From Malacoraja senta (taxonomy: Eukaryota): DNA of 64,000 nucleotides. Below the pieces are notes generated by a model. That model had not been told where the DNA came from and did not search any database. It saw only the letters and a program-made list of their open reading frames with translations. A program made the translations under genes and the position numbers. Numbering within the stretch: position 1 is the stretch's first letter; every line of letters begins with the position of its first letter. Positions 12,123 to 25,762 of this stretch are shown here, piece after piece. The stretch spans positions 5,520,001-5,584,000 of the forward strand of contig CM075997.1 of NCBI GenBank assembly GCA_038087875.1. Reading direction: 5' to 3'.

Positions 12123-12253
12123 TGTTAAAGAAGGAACTGCAGATGCTGGAAAATCGAAGGTACACAAAAATGCTGGAGAAACTCAGCGGGTGCAGCAGCA
12201 TCTATGGAGCGAAGGAAATAGGCAACGTTTCGGGCCGAAACCCTTCTTCAGTC
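12123..12253 (-). mobile_element. Short Penelope pLTR-derived insertion in a CR1 3' UTR
   Basis: Minus-strand CTGAAGAAGGGTTTCGGCCCGAAACGTT; 13-bp TSD AGATAGATTCTTG on both sides. Confidence 0.75.
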
Positions 12254-12937
12254 AGATAGATTCTTGATTAGTACGGGTGTCAGTTATGGGGAGAAGGCAG
12301 GAGAATGGGGTTAGGAGGGAGAGATAGATCAGCCATGATTGAATGACGGAGTAGACGATGGGCTGAATGGCCTAATTCTACTATTCCTTATGACACGACA
12401 TTGAGTATAAGAGTCTGGAAGTCATGTGTGCAGCTTTATAAAGCTTTGGCTTGGCTGCATTTTGAGTTTTACATGCAGTTCTGGTTGCCCCTTTACAGGA
12501 TGTGGAAGCTTTGGAGAGTGTTCAGGGGAGGTTTTCCAGAATTATGCCAGGATTATAATGTTTTAGCTATAAGGAGATGTTGGTCAAACTTAGATTGTTT
12601 TCTCTGAAATGTAGGAGGTTGAGGGGAGACCTGATAGACGTATACAAAATTAAGAGAGGCATAGAAATGGCAGCAGTCAGAATAGTTTTGAATAGTTTTC
12701 AGGTTAGTGGGTTTGAGACAACAACCTGGCTGCTCAACACCCGGCTTGAGATCTAACTATTCTTTGGTTTATGTTTCATTCGCATGAAGAAGAGAAGAGG
12801 TTAGAGGGGGGAAGTTTAAAGGAGATGTACAGATCAAGTCTATAAACACAGTGCCTGGAATGTGCGGCCAAGGCTGGTGATGATACTGGTGTGTAAGAGG
12901 CTTTTGGATAGACGCATGGATATTCAGCAAATTTACA

Positions 12938-13232
12938 TTAGTTTAGAGATACAGCGCAGAAACAGGCCCGTTGGCCCACCAAGTCCGCGCCGACCAGCGA
13001 TCCCTGCACATTAATACTACGACACATTCAGGACAATTTTACATTTTGGACATTTAACCTACAAACCTGTACGTCTTTGGAGTGTGGGAGGAAGCCGAAG
13101 ATCTCGGAGAAAACCAACGCAGGTCACGGGGAGAACGTACAAACTCCGTACAGACAGCACCCGTAGTCAGGATTGAACCCAGGTCTCTGGCGCTGTGAGA
13201 CAGAAGCTCTACCACTGCGCCACCGTGCTGCC
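12938..13232 (-). mobile_element. HE1-like V-SINE
   Basis: Complete head, V-domain and tail. Confidence 0.8.
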
Positions 13233-14809
13233 CCAAAATCTAGTGATATGGATCAGATGTAGGCAGAGGAGATTAACTTGGCTGCACATTCAGCATACAC
13301 ATTGTGGGCCGAAGGGTCTTAGTTCACAGCTACAGAGTTGCTTGACCAACCACCTAAATCCAAGTCGCCTATCACTACATTTCTCCCTGTCTATACCCTC
13401 TTGAGGCGGCACCTGTTAAACTGCCCCTTGCATGATGGGGAGGTCAGTCTCTGTGATGGATTAGGCAATGTCCACCACTCTCTGCAGCTTTCTTCATTCC
13501 TGGGCATTAAAGTTACTGAACCAGGCTGTAATGCAAGCACGATGCTCTCTACTGTATAGCTGGAGAAGTTTGATAGAGTATACGGTACCTACAAAACCCT
13601 GCTCTACCTTGGAACATAGCCCACAGGGTCCCTGTTTTATCATGGGCTCTCTGCATTGCTGTGCATGGAAAATTAACTCATATGTAATAGCAATTTTTCT
13701 TTCATTTTTTTAGGTATTTGTACCTTAACCACTGATATACAGTTGGTCGAGTCAGTTGTTTGGTTTTCTTTCCTGTTTAATTTCTTGAGAATCACTCTTC
13801 CTGATTAACTAGCGTTAACCTTTCTCCTACTCACCCAATCTGCTAGGACACTGGTCCCTTTGCAGTTTAGGTGAAGCCCACCTCTTCACTGCAGCTTTGT
13901 CCTGTCCCACAGTCCGTGCCAAATGCCTCACAGAGAGGAAATCCCTCCACAAAAACTTTAGCCAACTTAGAAACATAGAAAATAGGTGCAGGAGGAGGCC
14001 TTTCGGCCCTTCAAGCCAGCACCGTCATTCATTGTGATCATGGCTGATCGTCCCCAATCAATAACCCGTGCCTGCCTTCTCCCCATATCCCTTGATTCCA
14101 CTAGCCCCTAGAGCTCTATCTAACTCTCTCTTAAATCCATCCAGTGATTTGGCCTCCACTGCCCTCTGTGGCAGGGAATTCCACAAATTCACAACTCTCT
14201 GGGTGAAAACGTTTTTTCTCACCTCAGTCTTAAATGGCCTCCCCTTTATTCTAAGAATAACTTCTAACCAATCCGATTATTCTGTTTCTAAGCCAACCAC
14301 CTGTGTGCGGGGCAATTATCCAAAGATTTCTGTTCTTTAGATCTTTATTTTTTAATTTAGTTCATAACTCCTGATATTCCCATACATTCTTTCCTTTGTA
14401 GCTCAATATATTTTATTCTAACATCCACTAGAATCCACCTTTCTGTGCACCTTTCTATTCCACGGGGGGGAAGATTTAATTGTTTACTTCTAAAGTTGGC
14501 CTCCAGCTAAGCATTCAATCATTCTGGCTAAATCTCCGTCCGTGTCACTCCCACCCACCTGTGACCCAACAGCACTGAAAATAACAGTCCCAAAAGCACT
14601 TAATAGTTTTCTCTTTGCATGAATACCAAGCACCCAACCCACAGGGACCTTCTTTCCCCCGCAATCCCATTCTACCTCACCCTCTGGTCCTGGCATATCA
14701 AATCAAGCACCCTTATCACTAACATTTTATCAAAAAGATGATAAACAAATGTTCAGTTATATCTTCTCACCGTGACTTTGTGTTTCTTTATTCCTTATTC
14801 ATTCACTTA

Positions 14810-15610
14810 GTGTATAGAAGTTGGGAGGTCATGTTGCAGTTGGATAAGACATCGGTGAGGCTGCATTTGAGTATTGTGTTCAGTTCTGGGCACCATGTTA
14901 CAGGAAAGATGTTGGCAGGCTGGAGAAGGTAAAGAGAAGATTTACGAGGATGTTGCCAGGACTAGAGGGTCTGAGCTGTTAGGAGAGGTCGAGTAGGCGG
15001 GGGCTCTATTCCTTACAGCACAAGAGGATGTGAGGTGTAAAAAATCAAGAGGAATAGATTGGGTTGATGCACAGAGTCTTGTCTTGAATAGGTGAATCGT
15101 GGACCAGAGAACATAGGTTTATGGTGAAGGGGAAAATATTTAGTAGAAATCTGAGCGGTAACTTTTTCACACAAAGAGTGGTGGGTGTATGGAACAAGCT
15201 GCCAGAGGAGGTAGTTGAGGCAGGGAATATCCCAATGTTTACGAAACAGTCAGGTACATAGATAGGACAGATTTGGAGGGATATGGACCAAACGCAGGGA
15301 GGCGGAACAAGTGTAGCCGGGGGTTCTGGGTAAGTTGTGGGTCGGTGTGTGTAAGTTGTGGGTCGGTGTGTGTAAGTTGTGGGTCGGTGTGTGTAAGTTG
15401 TGGGTTGGTGTGGGTAAGTTGTGGGTTGGTGTGTGTAAGTTGTGGGTTGGTGTGGGTAAGTTGTGGGTCGGTGTGTGTAAGTTGTGGGTTGGTGTGGGTA
15501 AGTTGTGGGTCGGTGTGGGTAAGTTGTGGGTTGGTGTGTGTAAGTTGTGGGTTGGTGAGGGTAAGTTGGGCTGATAGGCCTGTTTCCACGTTGTATCACT
15601 CTATGACTCA
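14810..15610 (+). mobile_element. Decayed CR1 3' end containing a minisatellite
   Basis: Degenerate VRLHL..CVQFW, NFFTQRVVGVWN; tail GGCCTGTTTCCAC..CTCTATGACTC. Confidence 0.75.
15330..15560. repeat. 21-bp minisatellite, 11 units (GTAAGTTGTGGGTYGGTGTGK)
   Basis: GTAAGTTG recurs every 21 nt from 15330 to 15561. Confidence 0.95.
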
Positions 15611-16305
15611 TGCGCTCCAAGGAATCAAATCCCAGCCTGCCTTACTTCTCCCTATAACACAGGCCCTCAAGTCCCGGCAACACCCCATAAATCTTCTCTG
15701 CACTCTTTCCATCTTAACAACATCCTTCCTATAGCAAGGTGACCAAAACTGAACATAAGTGTGGCCTCACCAATGTCATAATATTCCAACTTCTATACTC
15801 AGTACCCTGACCGGTGAAGGCCGGTGTACCAAAAACCTTCTTGCCCACCCTATCTACCTGTGATGACATTTTCAGGGAACTATGTACCCACACTCCTAAA
15901 TCCCTCGGCTCTACAACAATCTCCAGGAGAATACCATTCACTGTGAAAGTCCTGCCCTTGTTTGACTTCCCAGAATGCAATAACTTGCACACAATAAATG
16001 GAGGCAAGTACCAAGTGATGCATTATGGGAAGTGAGAATAGCAGTAGGGTACACGCACAATAAATGGAGACCTGCCTTTAAATGGACACTATATATGTAT
16101 CTGGGTTGCCCTCTGGTCCATTCACTCGAATTCCATTCACCGTTCCAACAGCTACAAACTGGCTGCTGAACATTAATAACTGCAGATGGTCACAAAATAA
16201 CATAAAAATTGATCATGCAGAGAAAAACTCAGCAGATCAGGCAGTATGTGTGGAAAGAGACATTTTAATATTTCAGGCTGAAGAGCCATCAGAACTGGAG
16301 CTATG

Positions 16306-17200
16306 TTCGATTAATGTAAGACACACTTTAATACAATTTAAAATTTTACATAGATTATATTATTCGAAAACTAAAATTCATAAAATGTTCCCAAATGTAT
16401 CATCTATTTGTGATAAATGTCAATCCCAAGAAGCTACTATAGCGCACTCATTCGTTTTCTGTATAAAAATTCAAAAATTTTGGAATGAAATTTTCGAAAT
16501 CTTTACAAAATTATTTAAAATAAGACTGATACCCAAAGCAGAATGGATTATCTTCGGAATAACGGAAGATGGTCCAGAACTAAATGTGTTTCAAAAGAAA
16601 CTAATAGACTATGGGTTAATAACTGGAAAAAAGCTAATTCTAAAATTTTGGAAGAAGGCTCCAATACCAACTATAAACATGTGGATTTCAAATATGTTCG
16701 AAACATTACACCTAGAAGAGATAAGACTCCTCCTAGCAGGTAAACCAGATCACTTCCACCTGACGTGGTCTGCATTTATAGAATTATTACAAATATAGGG
16801 TGCAAAGGTACCTTAAAAAAAAAATATTTGAGGTCAGGTAATGGGGGATGATAGTTGAAGAGTTGGTATGTCCCATTTGCGTAATGCTCATAAAAAATAT
16901 TTGTTTCTCTCTTTTTCCTCTTTCTCTTTCTCTTTCTTTTCTAGGGTCTATTTCTTAACTCTTTTTCTTTTGTTTTTAATTTTGTTCTTATTGGGTCTTC
17001 GTCCTTTTTTGTTGTCACTTTTCTACACTTTCACTTTCTCCTTCACTTTCTTCTTTCTTTCAATCTTTTCCTTTTATTAGTGTAAAAAACAAATGGAGTA
17101 CATTAATTGTAAGAAGACATAAGTGACGAGTACTAATGTATGTGGTTGTAATGTAATGTACTTCTAATAAATAAAATTAAAAAATTAAAAAATTAAAAAA
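16306..17200 (+). mobile_element. 5'-truncated L1-clade LINE
   Basis: IQFKILHRLYY..CDKCQSQEATIAHSFVFC; T-rich 3' UTR; AATAAA and A-rich tail; 15-bp TSD AGAACTGGAGCTATG (16291-16305, 17201-17215). Confidence 0.9.
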
Positions 17201-17544
17201 AGAACTGGAGCTATGAACATCCAGAGTTGACCGCTTTGATTCCTGAGGGGTCCCACTCTCTCTCTAGTTGACCTTTCCCCCCCTTGTGTATTTATAAAAT
17301 CTTGGGATTGCCATAATGCTATCTGCCAGCGCTCCTGGCCTCTTTTTGCCCTTCTGATTTCCTTTTATAGTTTGCTCCTCAGATCCTGAAACTACTCCAG
17401 GGATGCACTTGATCCCAGGTGTGTAAGCTTATCCAATCTATCCTTATATCTAATATCCTCTAATCCTTGCATCATTCTGGTATAAGCCTCTGCTGCACCC
17501 TTTCCAAAGTCTCCACATCCTTCCTGTAATGGGGCGACTGGAAG

Positions 17545-17958
17545 TCATAGAGTGATACAGTGTGGAAACAGGCCCTTCGGCCCAATTTGCTCACACCGGC
17601 CAACATGTCCCAGCTACACTAGTCCCACTTGCCTGCACTTGGTCCATATCCCTCCAAACCTCCAAACCTGTCCTATCCATGTACCTGTCTTACTGTCTCT
17701 TAAATGATGGGATAGTCCCAGCCTCAACTACCTCCTCTGGCAGCTCATTCCATACACCCACCACCCTTTGTGTGAAAAAGTTACCCCTCGGATTCCTATT
17801 AAATCTTTTCCCCTTCACCTTAAACCTATGTCCTCTGGTCCTCGATTCCCTTACTCTGTGCAAGAGACTCTGTGCATCTACCCGATCTATTCCTCTCATG
17901 ATTTTGTACGCTATCATGATCTTGTACAGTGTTGTTCGTGATGCCGCTATCATGGGAA
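17545..17958 (-). mobile_element. CR1 3' fragment with the same leader as 2897-3178
   Basis: ORF 17690-17953 YKIMRGIDRVDAQSL...FFTQRVVGVWNELP and CTCTATGAC tail. Confidence 0.8.
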
Positions 17959-18380
17959 GGACATTATGACAACCATATCTATTTGCAACATCACCCTATT
18001 GGTATTTATAAATGTTTAGAATTTTTTACGCAGTTCATCCCTAGGTAACGTAAAGGTCCCGTTTTTATTGACATTCATAAATTGGTAATCACACCTCTAC
18101 GCTGTTGCAATGATAAGGCAGAGATAGAGAGATTCTTGATTAGTACAGGTGTCAGTTATGGGGATCAACGATAAGAAAGAACAATTAGAGAGAAAGAGAG
18201 AGCGCGAGAGAGAGAAAAGTAGGTCTGCTGTCCATAGGACAAACATACGGTATGACATCACTCAGACCTCTGTATCTAATGACATTGTGGGAGCTGATTT
18301 GTATGTCGGGAAGTCCACAAGTCTGGCACATGTGACCCGAGGGTGCTCTGTACCTCGAACACGTTACTCCTTGGTCTTTG

Positions 18381-18641
18381 GACACAAAATGTTGGAGTAA
18401 GCGTTACTCTGGAGAGATAGATGGGTGACGTGTTGGGTCAAGATCCTTCTTTAGACTGATCTGTGATCAGTCTGGAGAAGGGTCTCGACCGGAAACGTCA
18501 CCCAATCAGTCTGGAGAAGGGTCTCGACCTGAAACATCACCCATACCTTCTCACCAGAGATGCTGCCTGTCCTGCCGAGCTACTCCAGCATTTTGTGTCT
18601 ATCTTGGGTTTAAACCAACATCTGCAGTTCCTTCCTACACC
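18381..18641. mobile_element. Penelope-derived fold-back with tandem degenerate hammerhead-like cores
   Basis: CTGGAGAAGGGTCTCGACC.GAAAC occurs twice; TSD CTCCTTGGTCTTT. Confidence 0.65.
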
Positions 18642-19254
18642 CTCCTTGGTCTTTTCTGTTCCAGGGAAAACAAGCTTAGACTGTCCAATCTCTCGCTGCA
18701 AGTAAAGTATTATCCAGACAACGTCCTGGTGAATCTCCACTGCACTCTGTCAAGTGCAAACTGTCCTTAATACACAGTAGCACCTTGAACTGCTGTTCAG
18801 TTCAGTTTAGTTTAGTTTATCATCATGTGAAAAACCTTTGTTACGTACTAACCAGTCAACGGAAAGACAAAACATGATTACAATGGATCCATTCACAGTG
18901 TACAGATACATGATAAGGGAATAACGTTTAGTGCAAGGTAAAGCCAGCAAAGTTCCAGTGTGGGGTGGAAGATTGCAACCTTCACGTGGTCCGCCCTGTT
19001 TCAACTAATGCAATCAACTCGACGTGCAGAAACGGAAGATCAAATAGAACAAGTTGTCCAACACCTTTAGACTGTGCACTCCACATGAAAGAAGAAGAAG
19101 TTGCCAGTGTAGGCGATACACTGTGCAATCGCACCTGTGTTTCATAAAGTTGCGTTCTAATGCTCCAAAGTTTTATGCCGTGACCTGCAAAGGCAAGAAT
19201 ACCATCTGCCTCTTTACTGTCGCTTTCAGGGTACTATGGATTTAAACCCTAAGG

Positions 19255-19795
19255 TCTCCTAATTTGAGGAAGGACATTATTTCTATTGAGGGAGTGCAGC
19301 GTAGGTTCACCAGGTTAATTCCCTGGATGGCGGGACTAACATATGATGAAAGAATGGGTCGACTGGGCTTGTATTCACTGGAATTTAGAAGGATGAGAGG
19401 GAATGTTATGGAAACATATAAAATTCTTGAGGGATTGGACAGGCTAAATGTCAGAAAAATGTTCCCCATGTTGGGGGAGTCCAGAACCAGGGTTCACAGT
19501 TTAAGAATAAGGGGAAGGCCATTTAGGACTGAGATGAGGAAAAACTTTGCTTCCCAGAGAGTTGAGAATCTGTGGAATTCTCTGCCACAGAAGGCAGTGG
19601 AGGCCAATTCACTGGATGTTTTCAAGAGAGAGTTAGATTTAGCTCTTAGGGCTAACGGAATCAGGGGATATGGGGAGAAAGCAGGAACGGGGTACTGATT
19701 CTGGATGATCAGCTATGATCATATTGAATGGCGATGCTGGCTCGAAGGGCTGAATGGCCTACTGCTGCACCTATTGTCTATGTTTCTATGTTTCT
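19255..19795 (+). mobile_element. CR1-clade LINE 3' end
   Basis: ORF 19264-19698 EGVQRRFTRLIP...LWNSLPQ; (TTTCTATG)n tail. Confidence 0.88.
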
Positions 19796-19799
19796 GTGC

Positions 19800-20410
19800 A
19801 GTTTAGTTTAGAGATACAGTGCAGAAACAGGCCCTTCGGCCCACCGAGTCCACACAGACCAGCAATCTCCGCACTCTAACACTATCCTACACACCCTAGG
19901 GTCAACTTTACATATATACCAAACCAATTAACATACAAACCTGTACATCTTTGGAGTGTGGAAGGAAACCAGGGCACCTGGAGAAAACCCACGCAGGTCA
20001 TGGGGAGAACGTACAAACTCCACCCCTAGTCAGGATTGAACCTGGGTTTCTGGTGCTGTGAGGCAGCAACTCTGCGCCACTGTGCCACCCCACAGCTCAT
20101 TCCGTGCCACCCCCCGACGCTATTCCTCAGCATCCTACCATTTACTATATCTATCCTATCTTGACTTAATGAAGTACTTCACCCCATGCTAGTCAGGAAT
20201 AGAGATACAGCGCGGAAACAGGCCCTTCGGCCCACTGAGTCCACACCAACCAGTGTGGGAGGAAACCGAAGATCTTGGAGAAAACCTACGCAGGTCATTG
20301 GGAGAATGTACAAACTCCGTACAGACAGCGCCCGTAGTCAGGATCAAACCCGTGTCACCGGCACTGCAAGTGCTGTAAGCAGCAACTCTACTGCTGCGCC
20401 AACGTGCCAC
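19800..20410 (-). mobile_element. Two HE1-like V-SINE copies (19800-20090, 20200-20410)
   Basis: Reverse-complement heads and tails. Confidence 0.75.
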
Positions 20411-20704
20411 CCGGTGCCAATCTGCCAATGCTCTGCCTTCCATCTCATCTGTTTCCCGCTAAAGCCTTTGACAATCTTCCTCACTTTCCACAACATCATG
20501 ACATTCTTGGTGTTCACATCATGCAGGAAGTTCTGATATTACACAAAAATTGCGTTCCAAGTACATCTTGTGTTACAGAAAATTGCATTACTAAGACAAT
20601 TTTATCATTGGGGAAAATGGGGAGTTGAGGCTATTTTTAGACTCGCAATAACAAATTTTTAGATTAGTTAAGCAATACAGGCCCTTCAGCCCATTAGTAA
20701 ATTC

Positions 20705-21436
20705 GATCCAATGGGATCCCACTACTGGCCACATCTTCCCATCTCCACCCCTTTCTGCTTTCCGCATAGACCGTTCCCTTTGAATTAGTCAACTCCCTTC
20801 CCACCCAAGCCACCCCCTCCAACCACTTTCCCCTGCAACCACAGGAGATGCAACACCTGTCCCTTTACCTCTCCCCTTGACTCTATCCAGGAACACAAAC
20901 AGTATTTCCAGGTGAGGCAGAGGTTCACCTGCACCTCCTCCAAACTCATCTACTGCATCTGCTGTTCCAGGTGTCAACTTCTCTATATCGGCGAGACCAA
21001 GCGCAGGCTCGGCGATCGTTTAGCTGAAAACCTCCGCTCAGTCCGTCTTAACCTACCTGATCTCCCGGTGGCTCAGCATTTGAACTCCCCCTCCCATTCC
21101 CAATCTGACCTTTCCGTCCTGGGCCTCCTCTACTGTCAGAGTGAGGTCCAGCGCAAATTGGAGGAACAGCACCTCATATTTCGCTTGGGTAGTTTACACA
21201 CCAGCGGTATGAACATTGACTTCTCTAAATTCAGATAGCCCTTGCTTTCTCTTTCCATCCCCTTCCCCTTCCCAGTTCTGCCACTAGTCTTACTGTCTCC
21301 AACTACATTCTATCTTTGTCCCGTCCCCTCCCCTGACATCAGTCTGAAGAAGGGTCTCAAGCCGAAACGTCACCCATTCCTTCTCTCCGGAAATGCTGCC
21401 TCACCCGCTGAGTTACTCCAGCATTTTGTGTCTACC
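20705..21436 (+). mobile_element. Penelope-like element 3' end: GIY-YIG endonuclease followed by pLTR
   Basis: FTCTSSKLIYCICCSRCQLLYIGETKRRLGDRLAE...PVAQHLN...EQHLIFRLG; hammerhead-like CTGAAGA..GAAACGTC at ~21344-21371. Confidence 0.88.
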
Positions 21437-21679
21437 GAGCACATTTGATCAGTATGGGTGCCAGGGGTTATGGGGAGAAGACAGGAGAATGGGGTTAGGA
21501 GAGATAGATCAGCCATGATTGAATAGTGGAGTAGACTTGATGGGCCGAATGGCCTAATTCTGCTCCTATCACTTGCGAGATTATTGAGTCTGAGCCGACC
21601 AACAAACCCCGCATGCTAGCGCTAACCTACACACGTTAGGCATCATTTACAATTTTAGACCGACATTACAGACTGACTT

Positions 21680-23640
21680 CAGAACATCCTCGAGAGGGAA
21701 GGTGAACAGCCGGCAGCAGTTGTGGACGTGGGCACGAACAACTTCGGGAAGAAGAGGAAGGAGGTTCTGCAATGCGTATTTAGAGAGTTAGGAAGAAGAC
21801 TGAAAAGCAGGACTTCTAGGGTGGTTATCTCTGGATTACTTCCAGTATCTCCTGCTAGTGAGGACAGGAACAGGGAGATAGGGGATCTGAATGTGTGGCT
21901 GGGAGGAGGGGGGGGGGGGGGCTGGTGCAAGGAGCAAGGATTTAGATTTATAGACCACAGGGGTCTCTGATGGGGTTGGGGTGACCTGTACAAAATGACA
22001 CATTAACTGGAGGGGGACCAACATTCTGGCAGGCAGGTTCGCTAGGGGTACATGTGTTGGTTTAAATTAAATAGTGGGGGGGTGGGATTGACAAATTGGG
22101 AGTATAAAGATGGAGTTGAAGGGAAACTGAGTACAGGAAAAGTTACAAAAGACTCCCGAATTAATGGGAAGGAAAGTTCGAGAAGGGATAAGAGAGTAAG
22201 GTCAGGGCCAATTGTGAGAGAGGAGGTCAAAGTGTTGTATATGAATGCGCGAAGTATAAGAAATAAAGTGGACGAGCTTGAGGCTCAGTTCGAAATTGGC
22301 AAATATGATGTTGTGGGAATTACAGAGACATGGCTGCAAGAGGGCCAGGGCTGGGAACTGAATATTCAAGGGTATACCTCCTATCTAAAAGACAGACAGG
22401 TGGGCAGAGGGGGTGGGGTAGCTCTGTTGGTGAGGAATGAAATTCAGTCACTTGCAAGGGGTGACATTGAAACAGATGTGGAGTCAGTATGGATAAAACT
22501 AAGGAATTGCAAGGGTAAAAAGACCCTAATAGGACTTATCTACAGGCCCCCAAACAGTAGCCTGGACATAGGGCGCAAGTTGAATCAGGAGTTAAAATTG
22601 GCATGTAGTAAAGGTAATGCTACAGTTGTTATGGGAGATTTCAACATGCAGGTAGACTGGGAAAATCAGGTTGGTACTGGACCCCAAGAAAGGGAGTTTG
22701 TGGAGTGCCTCCATGATGGATTCTTAGAGCAGCTTGTATTGGAGCCTACCAGGGAGAAGGCAATTCTGGATTAATGTTGTGTAATGAACCGGATTTGATC
22801 AAGGAACTTGAGGTTAAGGAGCCATTAGGAGGTAGTGACCATAATATGGTAAGTTTTAATCTACAATTGAAGAGGGAGAAGGGTAAATCAGAGGTGTCCG
22901 TGTTACAGTTGAATAAAGGGGACTATGGGGCCATGAGGGAGGAGCTGGCCGAAGTTGACTGGAAAGATACCCTAGCAGGGATTATAGTGGAACAACAATG
23001 GCAGGTATTTCTGGGAATAATACAGAAGGTGCAGGATCAGTTCTTTCCAAAGGGGAAGAAAGATTCCAAGGAGAGTAAGGGGCGACCGTGGCTGACAAGG
23101 GAAGTCAGGGACAGTATAAAAATAAAAGAGAAGAAGTACAACGTAGCATAGATAAGCGGGAAGCCAGAGGATTGGGTAATGTTTAAAGAGCATCAGATCA
23201 TTAAAAAGACAATATGGGGAAAAAAGATGAGGTACGAAGGTAAGCTAGCCAAGAATATAAAGGAGGATAATAAAAGCTTCTTTAGGTATGTGAAGAGGAA
23301 AAAATTAGTTAAGACCAAAGTTGGACCATTGAAGACTGAAAAAGGTGAATTTATTATGGGGAACAAGGAAATGGCAGATGAGTTGAACAGGTACTTTGGA
23401 TCCGTCTTCACTAAGGAGGACACAAACAATCTCCCTGATGTACTAGTGGCCAGAGGATCTGGGGTGACGGAGGAACTGAAGGAAATTCACATTAGGCAGG
23501 AAATGGTGTTGGATAGACTGATGGGACTGAAGGCTGATAAATCCCCAGGGCCTGATGGTCTGCATCCCAGGGTACTTAAGGAAGTGGCTCTAGAAATCGT
23601 AGACGTATTGGTGATCATTTTCCAATGTTCAATAGATTCA
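21680..23640 (+). mobile_element. CR1-clade LINE 5' region: ORF1 esterase remnant, ORF2 APE and start of RT, with stops
   Basis: VGTNN..VVISGLLP (SGNH-type ORF1); YMNARSIRNK, GITETWL, IYRPPN, MGDFN, GSDHN, KSPGPDG. Confidence 0.88.
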
Positions 23641-24410
23641 GTGTTTAAGAAGGAATTGCAGATGCTGGAAAATCGAAGGTGGACAAAAATGCTGGAGAAA
23701 CTCAGCGGGTGAGGCAGCATCTATGGAGGGAAGGAAATAGGCAACGTTTTGGGTCGAGACCCTTCTTCAGACTAATGTGAAGGTGGGGGGGGAGGGGCGG
23801 GAAGAAGAAAGGAAGAGGAGAAGCTAGTGGGCTGTGGGAGAGCTGAGAAGGGGAGGAGAAAGTAGGGACTATCTGAAATTAGAGAAGTCAATGATCATAC
23901 CGCTGGGGTACAAACTACCCAAGTAAAATATGAGGTGCTGCTCCTCCAATTTACGGTGGTCCTCAATCTGGCCATAGAGGAGGCCCAGGACAGAAAGTTT
24001 GGATTTGGAATGGGAGGGGGAGTTGAAGTGCTGAGCCACCGGGAGATCAGGTTGGTTATTGCGAAGGTGTTCGGCGAAGCAATCGCCAAGCCTACGCTTG
24101 GTCTCACTGATGTAGAGCAGCTGACATCTAGAGCAGCAGATGCAATAGATGAGGTTGGAGGAGGTGCAGGTGAACTTCTGCCTTACCTGTAAACACTACT
24201 TGGGTCCTTGAATGGAGTCAAGGGGGGAGGTAAAGTGTTGCATTTCTTGTGGTTGAAAGGACCCGGAGAGGGTGTGGTTCAGGTGGGAAGAGACGAACCA
24301 GGGAGTTACAGAGGGAGCGGTCTCTGCAGAAAGCAGACAGGGGAGGAGATGGGAAGATGTGGCAAGTGATCCAACGTGATCCCACCACTTGCCACATCTT
24401 CCCATCCGAC
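23641..24410 (-). mobile_element. Penelope-like element 3' fragment
   Basis: Reverse complement of the 20705-21436 type sequence including the pLTR. Confidence 0.8.
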
Positions 24411-24582
24411 ATTTCTGTCCTGAGAAGATAGTTAAAGGTTAAGCACTTTGGTGGGCCTGGATTCTCATGTGGTCCAAATCAACGAAAGACGGCAGAGGCG
24501 GCACAGTGACGGGGAGGTAGAGTTGCTGCCTCACAACTCCAGGTGCTGTCTGTACGGAGTTTGTATGGTCTTCCTGTGATCA

Positions 24583-25762
24583 CATAGAAACATAGAAAAT
24601 AGGTGCAGGAGTAGGCCATTCGGCCCTTCGAGCCTGCACCGCCATTCAATATGATCATGGCTGATCATCCAACTCAGTATCCCATCCCTGCCTTCTCTCC
24701 ATACCCCCTGATCCCTTTAGCCACAAGAGCCACATCTAACTCCTGCTTAAATATAGCCAATGAACTGGCCTCAACTACCTTCTGTGGCAGAGAATTCCAC
24801 AGATTCACCACTCTCTGTGTGAAAAATGATTTTCTCATCTCGGTCCTAAAAGACTTCCCCCTTATCCTTAAACTGCGACCCCTTGTTCTGGACTTCCCCA
24901 ACATCGGGAATAATCTTCCTGCATCTAGCCTGTCCAACCCCTTAAGAATTTTGTAAGTTTCTATAAGATCCCCCCTCAATCTTCTAAATTCTAGCGAGTA
25001 CAAGCCGAGTCTATCCAGTCTTTCTTCATATGAAAGTCCTGCCATCCCAGGAATCAGTCTGGTGAACCTTCTCTGTACTCCCTCTATGGCAAGAATGTCC
25101 TTCCTCAGATTAGGAGACCAAAACTGTACGCAATACTCCAGGTGTGGTCTCACCAGGACCCTGTACAACTGCAGTAGAACCTCCCTGCTCTTATACTCAA
25201 ATCCTTTTGCTATGAATGCTAACATACCATTCGCTTTCTTCACTGCCTGCTGCACCTGCATGCCTACTTTCAATGACTGGTGTACCATGACACCCAGGTC
25301 TCATTGCATCTCCCCTTTTCCTAATCGGCCACCATTCAGATAATAGTCTACTTTCCTGTTTTTGCCACCAAAGTGGATAACCTCACATTTATCCACATTA
25401 TACTGCATCTGGCCTGCATTTGCCCACTCACCCAACCTATCCAAGTCACCTTGCAGCCTCCTAGCATCCTCCTCACAGCTAACACTGCCCCCCAGCTTTG
25501 TGTCATCTGCAAACTTGGAGATGTTGCATTCAATTCCCTCATCCAGATCAGTAATATATATTGTAAATAGCTGGGGTCCCAGCACTGAGCCTTGCGGTAC
25601 CCCACTAGTCACTGCCTGCCATTCTGAAAAGGACCCGTTTACTCCTACTCTTTGCTTCCTGTCTGCCAGCCAGTTCTCTATCCACATCAATACTGAACCC
25701 CCAATACCGTGTGCTTTAAGTTTGCGTACTAATCTTGTCGAAAGCCTTCTGAAAGTCCAGAT
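24583..25762 (-). mobile_element. 5'-truncated CR1-clade LINE (RT)
   Basis: ORFs 25301-25690 and 24674-25288: GVPQGSVLGP, KFADDTK, LVRPHLEYCVQFW. Confidence 0.92.

Noticed and set aside
15045..15734. CRISPR array or repeat-protein ORFs
   Set aside because: Head-to-tail 21-bp units without spacers; the ORFs are translations of the minisatellite
16082..16798. 238-aa host gene
   Set aside because: L1 ORF2 C-terminus with a fortuitous open upstream flank
19133..19182. Minus-strand exon candidate (GHGIKLWSIRTQLYETQ)
   Set aside because: Good acceptor but weak donor (GTGCGA) and no recognisable homology
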